Below are positions 49,268 through 58,960 of a DNA stretch of 64,000 nucleotides, piece by piece. How positions within the stretch are numbered: position 1 is the first letter of the stretch; every line of letters starts with the position of its first letter. The position numbers and the translations under genes are program-made. The notes beneath the pieces were generated by a model. The model ran no database searches. It saw only the letters and a list, made by a program, of their open reading frames with translations, and was not told the DNA's origin. Source of the stretch: Promethearchaeota archaeon Loki_b32 (GTDB taxonomy: Archaea > Asgardarchaeota > Lokiarchaeia > Sigyniarchaeales > SOKP01); the NCBI GenBank assembly GCA_005223125.1, contig NJBH01000005.1, forward strand, positions 32,001 through 96,000, read 5' to 3'.

Positions 49268-50836
49268 TCAATATTTATCATCTATATGGGATAGCATCAC
49301 TTTCAATTGATCGAATATATCCAGCCTGAAATCAGTCCCAATTCTAAAGAATAAGAGATCAACTAATTTTTTGTCAAGGTGATCATCAACATTTAGTTGT
49401 TCAATTATCTCTGACCAATTACTACTCTCAGATACCCTGATTCCAATTAAAAGTACAGTATTTTCCTTTGCATTTTCAATCATTTTAATAATCATTTCTT
49501 TCCAGTTTGATACTACTTTCAGTTGGCCATGTGTATCGAAAATACAAAATATTCCGTCAGTACTGGAAATATCCTCAATAGCAGAATATTCATGTTGTTT
49601 GACAATCATCCCATTTGTATACTGATAGACTTGTTCATCGTCATAATCTCTAATCATTGATTTCTCTCCTAACTTCCTCATATTAGTTATGATCTGTAAT
49701 CCAGGACTCCATTGTGAACTTTCTGTTATAAAAGATAATGTGAAAACTATCTTTTTTTCTAAGATAGATTTAATAAGTTCTAATAAAACGTCACTACGTC
49801 TTTTGTCTTCAATTTCCTTACTCCTCATGACATAATGATATGAAATTAGATTAAATGCATCCTCTACATTGCTCCCATTTAACGCACTAGTCTCAATATA
49901 ACTTAATTTAATTTTCTCGCGTTCTGATAACATGTTAGCTAATTTAGCACCTTCCTGATAAAAAACTCTTCTCTCTTCAACTAAATCAGTTTTATTCCCG
50001 ACGATTATAATTGGAATATCTTCTCCGGGTGTAAAAAGTTTTAATTCCTCATACCAATTGGTAATATTATCGAATGATTCACGTTTAGTTAAATCAAATA
50101 CAATAAATCCCGCTTGGGTTCCTGAATAATAGACTTTTCTAAATCTTTTAAAATATTTTTGAGCTCCCAAGTCGTATAAAGTGACGCCAATCTGGTTTCC
50201 AAAAAACTCAAATTCATGAGATAAGATATTGATTCCAATTGTTGCTCTATAGTCAGTATTGTATCTTTTTTCTACGAATCGTCGAATTATTGAAGTCTTT
50301 CCAACTTCATGATCTCCCAAAATAACGAATTTAAATCTGTATTCACCTTTAATACCCATAGGCATCTGATACAACTGATTTTTTAATCGTTCGACGTTCC
50401 CTGCTTCATATTCAAAGTTTGGAATTGATACTTGAATTAAAGCATCTTCATCAGCAGTGAGAATTTGAGCTGTCTTTTCTGTTAAAAAAAAACCATAAGG
50501 CGTAATTTTTTCAATTGAAGCCATGCTTTCTAAAACCAAACTCAGGATTCGTTCCTCATCAACAGAGATGAATAAAAGGCGATGATCCTCTGTATCAAAA
50601 CTCGCATTCCCAAATTTCTGAAAGTCAAATTCACTTCGCATTCTTTCTAAGATTGGATTGATAATTGATGTCAAAACTGAAACGAGTTCTATATCAATAT
50701 CTTTCCTTTTCTCTCCCGCAATGACTAATCCTTCAGAATCAGAAACAATTACTGATTCTACTTCTTGGTTAGCCTCTAAAAACTTGTTGAAAAGTTCTCT
50801 AAAGAGTTTATTTTTTTGGATAGGCAAATATTTCAC
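49268..50836 (-). CDS. Roadblock - Rab-like GTPase - degenerate GTPase-like domain protein (paralog B)
   Basis: VIVSDSEGLVIA; GDHEVGKTS, YRATIG, YDLGAQ, GNKTD, ETSAL; C-terminal TDGIFCIFD...VLLIGIRV. Confidence 0.88.
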   Translation of the reverse strand: MKYLPIQKNKLFRELFNKFLEANQEVESVIVSDSEGLVIAGEKRKDIDIELVSVLTSIINPILERMRSEFDFQKFGNASFDTEDHRLLFISVDEERILSLVLESMASIEKITPYGFFLTEKTAQILTADEDALIQVSIPNFEYEAGNVERLKNQLYQMPMGIKGEYRFKFVILGDHEVGKTSIIRRFVEKRYNTDYRATIGINILSHEFEFFGNQIGVTLYDLGAQKYFKRFRKVYYSGTQAGFIVFDLTKRESFDNITNWYEELKLFTPGEDIPIIIVGNKTDLVEERRVFYQEGAKLANMLSEREKIKLSYIETSALNGSNVEDAFNLISYHYVMRSKEIEDKRRSDVLLELIKSILEKKIVFTLSFITESSQWSPGLQIITNMRKLGEKSMIRDYDDEQVYQYTNGMIVKQHEYSAIEDISSTDGIFCIFDTHGQLKVVSNWKEMIIKMIENAKENTVLLIGIRVSESSNWSEIIEQLNVDDHLDKKLVDLLFFRIGTDFRLDIFDQLKVMLSHIDDKY

Positions 50837-50977
50837 TCCACGTAATAATAATTATAATTTGATCTATTTCTTATCAAATATCTTATTTATTTTTGAGATT
50901 TTTATTATTATTGATTATTAACTATAAATGATAATCTTTTGACCAATTGTTTTCATGATTTGTAATAGTAGAAGATC

Positions 50978-52564
50978 TTAAAGATACTTAATGGTATTTA
51001 GCATAACTTTGAGTTGATCATATATTTCTAATCGATATTCGAGTCCTAATTTGAAAAACAATAGTGATACCATTTTTTGTTCAAGTAGTTCATTTACATC
51101 AAATTCCTCCATTATCGCCGACCAATCGCTTTTATCTGAAACTCTAATACCAATCAATACAACCTTATTCTCATTGATTTCACTGATAATTTTAATAACA
51201 ACATCTTTCCACTTTGGGTCAATATGTTCTTTTTGACGGGCATCAAAAATGCAAAATACTCCATCAGAACCACCAACATCAAAATTATTGTAGAGAAAAC
51301 TTTTTAATTCCACGCCGTTTGAAAATTTATATAATTTTTCTTCTCTATCATCTTTGACTTTTTCACATTCACTTAAATTATTGATCTCTGAAAGAATTTG
51401 CAATCCAGGACTCCAGAATTCATTTTCAGAGATGATTGTCAGAGTTAATAACGAATCAAATTCTTCACCAATTACTTTCCTTTCCTTCAAAATTGAATTG
51501 AGTTCCTCTATTAAATCATTTTTAACAATTTCCTCTTCGTCTGCTTTGCTTTTTGATATATAATGATATGCTATCAAAGTAAAGGCATCCTCAACATTTT
51601 CGCCTGAAAGGGCTGATGTTTCGATGTATGATATCTTAATATTAGGGTTCTGGGATAATTCATTTACCATATTTACTCCATCTTGGTATTCAATTACTCT
51701 TTGATCGCTCAAATCTGTTTTATTTCCAATAACTATAATTGGAATTTCTCTTCCGCCAATGAAATTTTCTAATTCTCCATACCATTCCTTTACGTTTTCA
51801 AATGATTCTCTATTCGTTAGGTCAAAAACTATAAAAGCTGCTTGGCTTCCCAAATAGTACGTTTGACGGAAGCGTTTGAAGTATTTTTGAGCCCCTACAT
51901 CCCACAAACTATAAATGATGCTATTTCCAAAGAATTCAATAGAATGTGCTAAAATATTAAGCCCAATTGTTGCTCTATAGTCATGAGAAAATTTACTTTC
52001 CACAAACCTTCTCACTAATGAAGTCTTACCCACTTCATGATTCCCAATAATTACGAATTTAAATCGATATACTCCACCCTCATCTAATCTCATTTGATAA
52101 ATTTGATTTTTTACTCGATCAAAATGAGCAGTTTCATCCGTTTCATATTCGAAATTAGGGATTGTAAGTTGAATCATATCACCTTCTTCAGCATGTAAGA
52201 TTTGTACAGATTTTTCTGCTAAAAGATAGGCATATGGACTAGCTTTGTCAACAGATGCTAAACTATTTAATACAACACTAAGAGTTCTGCTTTCGTCCAA
52301 AGAAATAAACAGCAGTCTATATATCTCGGTATCGAAACTAGCAGTCCCGAATTTTTTGAACATAAATTCATCACGAATTCTTTTAACAATAGGATTAATT
52401 ATTGAAGTTAATACTGAGACAATTTCCATATCAACTTCACTTCTCTTTTCACCGGCCATAACTAAACCTTGTTTATCGCTTACTATTACTGCTTCTACAT
52501 CAGGATTAATTTCTAGGAATTGGTTGAATAACTCGGTAAAAAGCTTTTGTCTATTTATTGACAT
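50978..52564 (-). CDS. Roadblock - Rab-like GTPase - degenerate GTPase-like domain protein (paralog A)
   Basis: VIVSDKQGLVMA; GNHEVGKTS, YRATIG, WDVGAQ, GNKTD, ETSAL; C-terminal SDGVFCIFD...VVLIGIRV. Confidence 0.88.
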   Translation of the reverse strand: MSINRQKLFTELFNQFLEINPDVEAVIVSDKQGLVMAGEKRSEVDMEIVSVLTSIINPIVKRIRDEFMFKKFGTASFDTEIYRLLFISLDESRTLSVVLNSLASVDKASPYAYLLAEKSVQILHAEEGDMIQLTIPNFEYETDETAHFDRVKNQIYQMRLDEGGVYRFKFVIIGNHEVGKTSLVRRFVESKFSHDYRATIGLNILAHSIEFFGNSIIYSLWDVGAQKYFKRFRQTYYLGSQAAFIVFDLTNRESFENVKEWYGELENFIGGREIPIIVIGNKTDLSDQRVIEYQDGVNMVNELSQNPNIKISYIETSALSGENVEDAFTLIAYHYISKSKADEEEIVKNDLIEELNSILKERKVIGEEFDSLLTLTIISENEFWSPGLQILSEINNLSECEKVKDDREEKLYKFSNGVELKSFLYNNFDVGGSDGVFCIFDARQKEHIDPKWKDVVIKIISEINENKVVLIGIRVSDKSDWSAIMEEFDVNELLEQKMVSLLFFKLGLEYRLEIYDQLKVMLNTIKYL

Positions 52565-52749
52565 GAATTTTTCTACCCTTGTTCATTTTAATATTAATTA
52601 GATCTTATCCTTATAATCAAAATATGTCTTTTTAATATTTATTAAATCGTTGTTTTGAAATACATATTTTTATAAGGTTCTAGTTTTTTCTTTTTACTAT
52701 ATTACACGTTGAGTACTTTAATAAACTCAAAAAACCAAGATAGACTATT

Positions 52750-53334
52750 ATGCCCTCTTGTATAGTATGCCATTTAAATATTGATGAGAACACAGATTCT
52801 CTTTTTAAATGTAATAATGACCATCCTGTTCACAAATACTGCCTCGCGGAATGGTTGATGCATTCTCAGAACTGTCCTTTATGCAGTGATCCTTATCCTC
52901 AAAATGTAATTAATCAATTTAAAGATTATATGGAAAAAAAAGAACAAGAGAAACAAGCAGCACTAGATAAAGAACTACAAAAAGAATCAATGAAAAAAAT
53001 GGAAGAGGTCGCTGGAAAGGCAGTATTTCTTAAATTTATTGAATATATTGAACAAATAATAGAAGAAGAAAAGTATAATGAAGCAATTGATAAACTCTTA
53101 GATTCTTACGATGAAAGTTCCGTTGATGACAGAAATCTCAATATTCTTTTTTTGTTAGGGAAAGCAAATTATCTAAAGGGGCGATTTGATTTAACAATTA
53201 GCTTTTTATTTAAATTAGTTAAAATTAAATTTGATTATCCTGAAGGATTCTTATATTTAGGTAAAGCGTATGAAAAATTAGGTCTTAAAGATAAAGCCCA
53301 ATGGGCTTATGATCGAATCAAAGAAGGAAAATAG
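52750..53334 (+). CDS. RING-H2 finger + coiled coil + TPR protein (putative E3 ligase)
   Basis: CIVC...CNNDHPVHKYC..EW....CPLC; TPR-like LLGKANY.KG and YLGKAYEKLG..DKA. Confidence 0.85.
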   Translation: MPSCIVCHLNIDENTDSLFKCNNDHPVHKYCLAEWLMHSQNCPLCSDPYPQNVINQFKDYMEKKEQEKQAALDKELQKESMKKMEEVAGKAVFLKFIEYIEQIIEEEKYNEAIDKLLDSYDESSVDDRNLNILFLLGKANYLKGRFDLTISFLFKLVKIKFDYPEGFLYLGKAYEKLGLKDKAQWAYDRIKEGK

Positions 53335-53362
53335 ATTTATTTTTATCTTACCTATAAATATT

Positions 53363-54769
53363 ATGAAACCCATTTGTTTAACAATAGCAGGATCAGATCC
53401 TACTTCTGGAGCTGGAATTCAAGCAGATATTAGAACTTTTGATAGATGTGGTGTTCATCCTTTTTCTGTGATCACAGCGATTACTTATCAAACCGTTACT
53501 GAATTTCTTGGATATAAATCTCTTTCAGATGAATTGAATCAACAATTAGATGCTATACTAAAAACATATCCTGTAAAATATGTTAAGATTGGAATGATAC
53601 CAGATGTTAAAGCATTAGATATAATTATAGAAAAGATAAAGAAATATGATTTGAAGGCTGTTCTTGATCCGATATTTATGGCGAGTGTAGGAGAAAGACT
53701 TTCTAGTGAAGGATTAGAACTAGAGATAGAGAGAACTCTATTTCCTTATGTGAAAATAATTACACCAAATATATCAGAAGCGAACTTTTATTCAAACAGG
53801 GTTATACCTAAAATAACTAACAAAAAATTTGATGAGGTTGAAGAAGTTGCTGAAATTTTACTTAATAAATTATATATTAATGAAAATTCGAAAAATATGG
53901 AAAAAGCAGTAATAATCAAAAGCGTGGAAACTGATCTTGATGAAATTTATGATATTGCTTTGATAAACAAAAAAGTTCATGATAAAATGGAATCTGAACT
54001 TCTGTCATTTAAGAAGAAGAAAGTTCTATTTGAAGGAAATATTCATGGAACGGGGTGTGTATTTTCTTCCGCCATTACTGCTTTTTTAGCCAATGGATTT
54101 TCTATAAAAGAAACTATTGTTAAAGCAGAAGAATTTTTTGATAAGAAATTCCAATCCTTTATTGAATTACCAGATAGAGGTAAAATAATCGATTTAACAA
54201 TATCTGATGAAGAATTAAAAGTAATAGAACAGATAAAAAAAATTTATAATTTTATTTCTCAATCAAAAGAATTTAGTAAATTAATTCCTGAAGTTAGAAT
54301 GAATATATCTGGTTCACTTCCAAATGCCACAAAAATAAAGGAGATCGCCAGTATTGAAGGGAGAATTACAATTATTAATGGATACCCAAAAGCTTCTGGG
54401 GAAATTAAATTTGGGGTTTCTGATCATACTGCGAGATTAATTCTTTCAGCTAAGAAGTTTGATAATTCTATCAATTTCGTAATGAATTTAAAGTATAATC
54501 CAAACTGGATTATTTTAATTAAAGAAAACACGGGTTTAGAATTAAAAGAGATTATTAGAGAAGATCAGCCAGAATTTATTAAAGAAAAAGAGTTTTCCAC
54601 TATGCAGTGGTTAATAAAAGAAAGTGTAGAAAAAATTGGAAAAATACCCGATATTATTTGGGATATTGGATCTCAAGGGAAAGAGCCAATGATGAGATTG
54701 TTCGGGAAAAATTCTAAGGAAATGATTGAAAAGCTCGAGAAAATTAGGAGAGCAATTAATAATGAGTAA
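53363..54769 (+). CDS. thiDN: Bifunctional HMP(-P) kinase / thiamine-phosphate synthase ThiDN
   Basis: TIAGSDPTSGAGIQAD, HGTGC; ThiN domain LIPEVRMN, FGVSDHTAR, GKEPM. Start taken at ATG 53363. Confidence 0.93.
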   Translation: MKPICLTIAGSDPTSGAGIQADIRTFDRCGVHPFSVITAITYQTVTEFLGYKSLSDELNQQLDAILKTYPVKYVKIGMIPDVKALDIIIEKIKKYDLKAVLDPIFMASVGERLSSEGLELEIERTLFPYVKIITPNISEANFYSNRVIPKITNKKFDEVEEVAEILLNKLYINENSKNMEKAVIIKSVETDLDEIYDIALINKKVHDKMESELLSFKKKKVLFEGNIHGTGCVFSSAITAFLANGFSIKETIVKAEEFFDKKFQSFIELPDRGKIIDLTISDEELKVIEQIKKIYNFISQSKEFSKLIPEVRMNISGSLPNATKIKEIASIEGRITIINGYPKASGEIKFGVSDHTARLILSAKKFDNSINFVMNLKYNPNWIILIKENTGLELKEIIREDQPEFIKEKEFSTMQWLIKESVEKIGKIPDIIWDIGSQGKEPMMRLFGKNSKEMIEKLEKIRRAINNE

Positions 54770-54770
54770 A

Positions 54771-56090
54771 TCATTGTTTTTTAGATTTTTTCTTACTTTC
54801 TAAAGCATCTTTTAATAGTTTAATGGCACAGAATTCTCCACACATACTACAAACATCATTATCAATAGAATTACCATTTCTATAATGAATCTCCCTTGCT
54901 AAATCAGGATCAATGGAATGTTTTATCATTCCCTCCCAATCTAAATTTTTCCGAGCGATATCCATCTTATAATCCCAATCTGACGCTCTTCTTCCATATT
55001 TAGCAATATTGACGGAATGAGCTGCAATCTTAGATGCTATAACTCCTCTTTTAACTTCTTCTTTAGTTGGTAATCCTAAATGCTCTGAGGGAGTTACATA
55101 GCATAAATAATCTGCTCCAGCTAATCCAGCAATGGTTCCTCCAATTGCACTTACTAAATCATCATATCCAGGAGCAATATCAGTAACTAAGGGCCCTAAA
55201 ACATAAAAAGGAGCTTCATCGCATAAAGATTTTTGCAGCTTAACATTTCGCTCAATTTCATTGGCAGGAATATGACCAGGACCTTCAACCATTACTTGGA
55301 CGTCTACTTTCCATGCTCTTTTTACTAACTTTGAAATTTCAAGTAATTCTTGTACTTGGGCATAATCTGTTGAGTCGAATATGCATCCAGGTCTAAATCC
55401 ATCTCCTAAAGATAATGTAAAGTCGTATTCTTGAGCCATTTCAAGTAAATAATCATATCTACGATTGTAGGGATTTTCCATCTCATTTTCTAATATCCAA
55501 GAAGCTAAAAAAGTTCCCCCTCTTGAGACGACTCCCATTGTACGTGGATGTTGAACCAAATAATCAACTATTTCTTTTGTCACTCCAACATGGATGGTAA
55601 AGAAATCAACACCTTCTTTTGCTTGTTCCTCTATTACATTGAACATATCATCTTCATCCATGTGGATAATAGCACCTTTAGTTTCAATAGCTCTTAAAGC
55701 AGATTGATAAATTGGAACTGTCCCAACTGGAACTTTAAGCTCTCGTAATATTTGCTTTCTAATTGTTTGAACATTAGGCTCAGTTATACCTGTACTTAAA
55801 TCCATAACTGTGTCTGCGCCAAATTTAACCGCTATCTTTGCCTTTTCTAATTCTTCTTCAATATTACATATAGTTTTTGAAGAGCCAACATTTGCGTTTA
55901 TTTTTACTAATAAACCTTTTCCAATTCCAATTGGAGGATCTAGCTCTCTTCTATTTGATTTAGGGATAATTATTCTGCCTTTTTCAATCCCTCTTCTTAT
56001 GAATTCAACATCTATTTGTTCGTTTTTGGCAACAATTTCCATTTCTCTGGTGAGATTTCCATTTCTAGCAGTTTTCATCAATGTAGACAA
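54771..56090 (-). CDS. thiC: Phosphomethylpyrimidine synthase
   Basis: KINANVG, GADTVMDLSTG, GTVPIYQ, VSRGG, EGPGH, CYVTPSEHL, CSMCGEFC. Confidence 0.97.
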   Translation of the reverse strand: MSTLMKTARNGNLTREMEIVAKNEQIDVEFIRRGIEKGRIIIPKSNRRELDPPIGIGKGLLVKINANVGSSKTICNIEEELEKAKIAVKFGADTVMDLSTGITEPNVQTIRKQILRELKVPVGTVPIYQSALRAIETKGAIIHMDEDDMFNVIEEQAKEGVDFFTIHVGVTKEIVDYLVQHPRTMGVVSRGGTFLASWILENEMENPYNRRYDYLLEMAQEYDFTLSLGDGFRPGCIFDSTDYAQVQELLEISKLVKRAWKVDVQVMVEGPGHIPANEIERNVKLQKSLCDEAPFYVLGPLVTDIAPGYDDLVSAIGGTIAGLAGADYLCYVTPSEHLGLPTKEEVKRGVIASKIAAHSVNIAKYGRRASDWDYKMDIARKNLDWEGMIKHSIDPDLAREIHYRNGNSIDNDVCSMCGEFCAIKLLKDALESKKKSKKQ

Positions 56091-56355
56091 ATTTTAAAAC
56101 CTTCACATAATTTCTTTTTCATATTTCATGAAATCATACTCTATTACAAAATAATAATGATAAAATTATATTCTTTTGTCTTATGATTTAGAAAAATAAT
56201 ACTACATTATTTTTTTTTTACTAAATCAAACTAATATGGATACTTTTCTAATTTTATGATTTTATAGAAATCTATATCCAGGATATAGTCTGATTATGTT
56301 TCTCCCTCTATTTGCTATTATCACATTAATAGTTCTTCGAACGAAATGTAAATCA

Positions 56356-56823
56356 TCAAAAACCAATTTTTAATTGTTTTAGTAATTCAATTAAAGATTC
56401 AGTTAATTTATATTTTTTAAGTTGGTCAAAGGGGACAAATTTAGCATCCTGAGCGTCATCAGCTGCCTTGGGAGGTTGATTAGGATATCCTTCTATTTGC
56501 TCTACAAAATAATTGATGAGAACATAGTGATATTCTATTCTTCCTGTATTATCGTACATGATTTTATCTATAATAACTGCTAATCTTGAAACCTTAACTT
56601 TAAAACCTGTCTCTTCATAAGCCTCTCTCACTGCGGCTTTTTCTACTCTTTCTCCAAGATCTAGATGTCCTCCAGGAATACTCCAGTAACCCGCATCAGG
56701 ATTGTATTTCCTTTTTATTAATAATAGATGGTTACCTCGGATTAACAGAACACCTACCCCTATATGTGGTCTCACAGGGTATTTTCGTGTATCAAAAGCA
56801 CTAAGTTCATATCTATCAACCAT
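56356..56823 (-). CDS. NUDIX hydrolase
   Basis: PGGHLDLGERVEKAAVREAYEETG Nudix box. Confidence 0.93.
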   Translation of the reverse strand: MVDRYELSAFDTRKYPVRPHIGVGVLLIRGNHLLLIKRKYNPDAGYWSIPGGHLDLGERVEKAAVREAYEETGFKVKVSRLAVIIDKIMYDNTGRIEYHYVLINYFVEQIEGYPNQPPKAADDAQDAKFVPFDQLKKYKLTESLIELLKQLKIGF

Positions 56824-56954
56824 AATTCCAAACTATAATATATTTGTTAAATACTAGTACAATTAGAAAATATTAAATTTAAGTTCTATTATCAAATTTA
56901 TGTAATATAATTTTTATAGCATCATTGAACTATTCAAAAATGAAAGTGATTTAA

Positions 56955-57224
56955 ATGATCCAAGAAAATGAGTTAATAACATTCATGATTTGTATTGGTG
57001 TACTTATTTTTTTTATTTTGAATTATCAAAAATTAAAAAAACTTTCAGGATATAATTTATTTTTAACATCATTTATTTTATACACATGTGCCTGGTGTTT
57101 TACTGTAATTGAAGGTATTATTTTTGAAGAAGTTTTTAATCTCATTGAACACATATGTTATATAAGTAGTTCGGGAATTATGGTTGCTTGGATTTTAATT
57201 GCTTTTTGGAAGAGAAAAGAATGA
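56955..57224 (+). CDS. Small 3-TM membrane protein
   Basis: Three hydrophobic segments; stop overlaps the next start (ATGA). Confidence 0.8.
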   Translation: MIQENELITFMICIGVLIFFILNYQKLKKLSGYNLFLTSFILYTCAWCFTVIEGIIFEEVFNLIEHICYISSSGIMVAWILIAFWKRKE

Positions 57225-58612
57225 ATCTGATAGGAATTCTTGATTTATTTACCCTTTTGTTTACTATTTTAGTGTTTTCGATTATTTTAATAAGATGGAA
57301 ACATCAATTTTCTTTACATTCCAAAGTATTTTTAATTTTTTCATTAAGTGCAATTTTATTTTATTATTTGAGTAATTTTTTAGAATGGTCAGGTATAAGT
57401 GATATTCTTATTGATATTGAAGATTATATAGCAATTTTAGTTCCATTATTATGGTTTTTCTTTTTATATTCGTTCTTCCAAATGTTATCAGGACAAGAAT
57501 TAAAAGCTTCGGAGAAAAAATTTAGGGTTATAGCTGTACAATCTTCAATGGGCATAATTATTATACAAAATAGAAAATTTAAATACCTGAATCCAGCTAT
57601 ATCAAAAATTATTGGTTATTCTATTGAAGAATTGTTAAATTGGAACGAAATGGACATCGCTAGTGTCATTCCCAAAGAAGATTTAATATTTATGATGGAG
57701 TTGTTTAAAAAAGGGAAGGAAGGAGAAATAAATTTTACTCCTAACTCATCATTTAGAACTATTAATAAGAAAGGGGAAGTAAAATGGTTAGAAAACCTTG
57801 TGAGTATTATCTCGTACGAGAATAAACCTGCAAATTTAGTTTGCGTAATTGATATTACAGATAAGAAAAGAGCTGAAGAACTTATTGTTGAAGAAAATAA
57901 GAGGTTATTGGAACTCAGCAAAATGAGAGAGGATATCATTACACGAGTTTCACATGAACTTAAGACACCTATTACAGCTATGTATGGAGCTACTCAAATG
58001 TTACTGAACCAATTTAGAGAGGAAATGAATACAGAAATTTTGGAATTCACAGAGATTTCTCATAGAGGAGCTCTCCGTTTAAAAAAATTAGTAGACAATT
58101 TAGTGGATGCTACAAAGTTACAAACTGGTAAACTTGAACTAAACTTACAAAATGAAGATATTGTTAATTCAATAAAAGAATGTATAGAAGAGATGAGTTA
58201 TCTAGTCAATAATCGTAATCTAACTTTAACATTCGAACCTTCAAATGATATATTTCTTTTAATAGATAAATATAGAATACAACAAGTAATCACTAATATT
58301 CTTTCCAATGCAATTAAAAATACCCCAAAAGGAGGGAAAATTAATATTGTTGTATTTGATAAGAACAAGCATATTGATATCCTGATAAAAGACACAGGAG
58401 TTGGGTTGACAGTTAAAGAACAAGAATTGTTATTTGAGAAATTTGGAAAAATTGAAAGATATGGCATGGATTTAGGCGTAGATATTGAAGGATCTGGTCT
58501 GGGTTTATATATATCTAAAGAGATTGTCGATTTGCATGGTGGACAAATTCTTGTTGAGTCTGAAGGAAGACATAAAGGAGCTACTTTTACAATCAGGTTA
58601 CAAAAAAATTAG
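57221..58612 (+). CDS. Membrane-anchored PAS histidine kinase
   Basis: Three N-terminal TMs, one PAS, SHELKTP, NILSNAIK, DTGVG, GSGLGL. Start taken at ATG 57221. Confidence 0.92.
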   Translation: MNLIGILDLFTLLFTILVFSIILIRWKHQFSLHSKVFLIFSLSAILFYYLSNFLEWSGISDILIDIEDYIAILVPLLWFFFLYSFFQMLSGQELKASEKKFRVIAVQSSMGIIIIQNRKFKYLNPAISKIIGYSIEELLNWNEMDIASVIPKEDLIFMMELFKKGKEGEINFTPNSSFRTINKKGEVKWLENLVSIISYENKPANLVCVIDITDKKRAEELIVEENKRLLELSKMREDIITRVSHELKTPITAMYGATQMLLNQFREEMNTEILEFTEISHRGALRLKKLVDNLVDATKLQTGKLELNLQNEDIVNSIKECIEEMSYLVNNRNLTLTFEPSNDIFLLIDKYRIQQVITNILSNAIKNTPKGGKINIVVFDKNKHIDILIKDTGVGLTVKEQELLFEKFGKIERYGMDLGVDIEGSGLGLYISKEIVDLHGGQILVESEGRHKGATFTIRLQKN

Positions 58613-58695
58613 TAATAAGTCAAATAATTAATTGGATATATTAATTTTTATAATTAGGAAGAAAAAATAATCAAATTAGAATTACTTTAATTATT

Positions 58696-58827
58696 ATGAA
58701 ATTAACTGTTATTTATTTTTCAGCAACAGGGAATACTGAAAAAATTGCTAAAGTTGCTAAGGAGCAATTTATTGAATTAAACAATGTTGGTGATGATATA
58801 AATATTACAAATAAGATCTTATTATAA
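58696..58827 (+). pseudogene. N-terminal remnant of a flavodoxin-like protein
   Basis: MKLTVIYFSATGNTEKIAKVAKEQF... (FMN-binding loop) stops after 43 aa. Confidence 0.75.
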
Positions 58828-58960
58828 ATTATATAATTATTTGTTGATCCTATGGTTCGCCCATCGTATTGGCCTAAAGAATAACCCAAAAGATATTTTC
58901 TCAGTTCCATTCACTATTACATAAACATAATTAGATAAAGTTCAAGTCACTGCTTCTATA

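Noticed and set aside
56091-56355. TPP riboswitch upstream of thiC
   Set aside because: No recognisable TPP aptamer core; the region is almost pure A/T.
58713-58910. 65-aa minus-strand ORF
   Set aside because: Largely antisense to the flavodoxin remnant; no motif.
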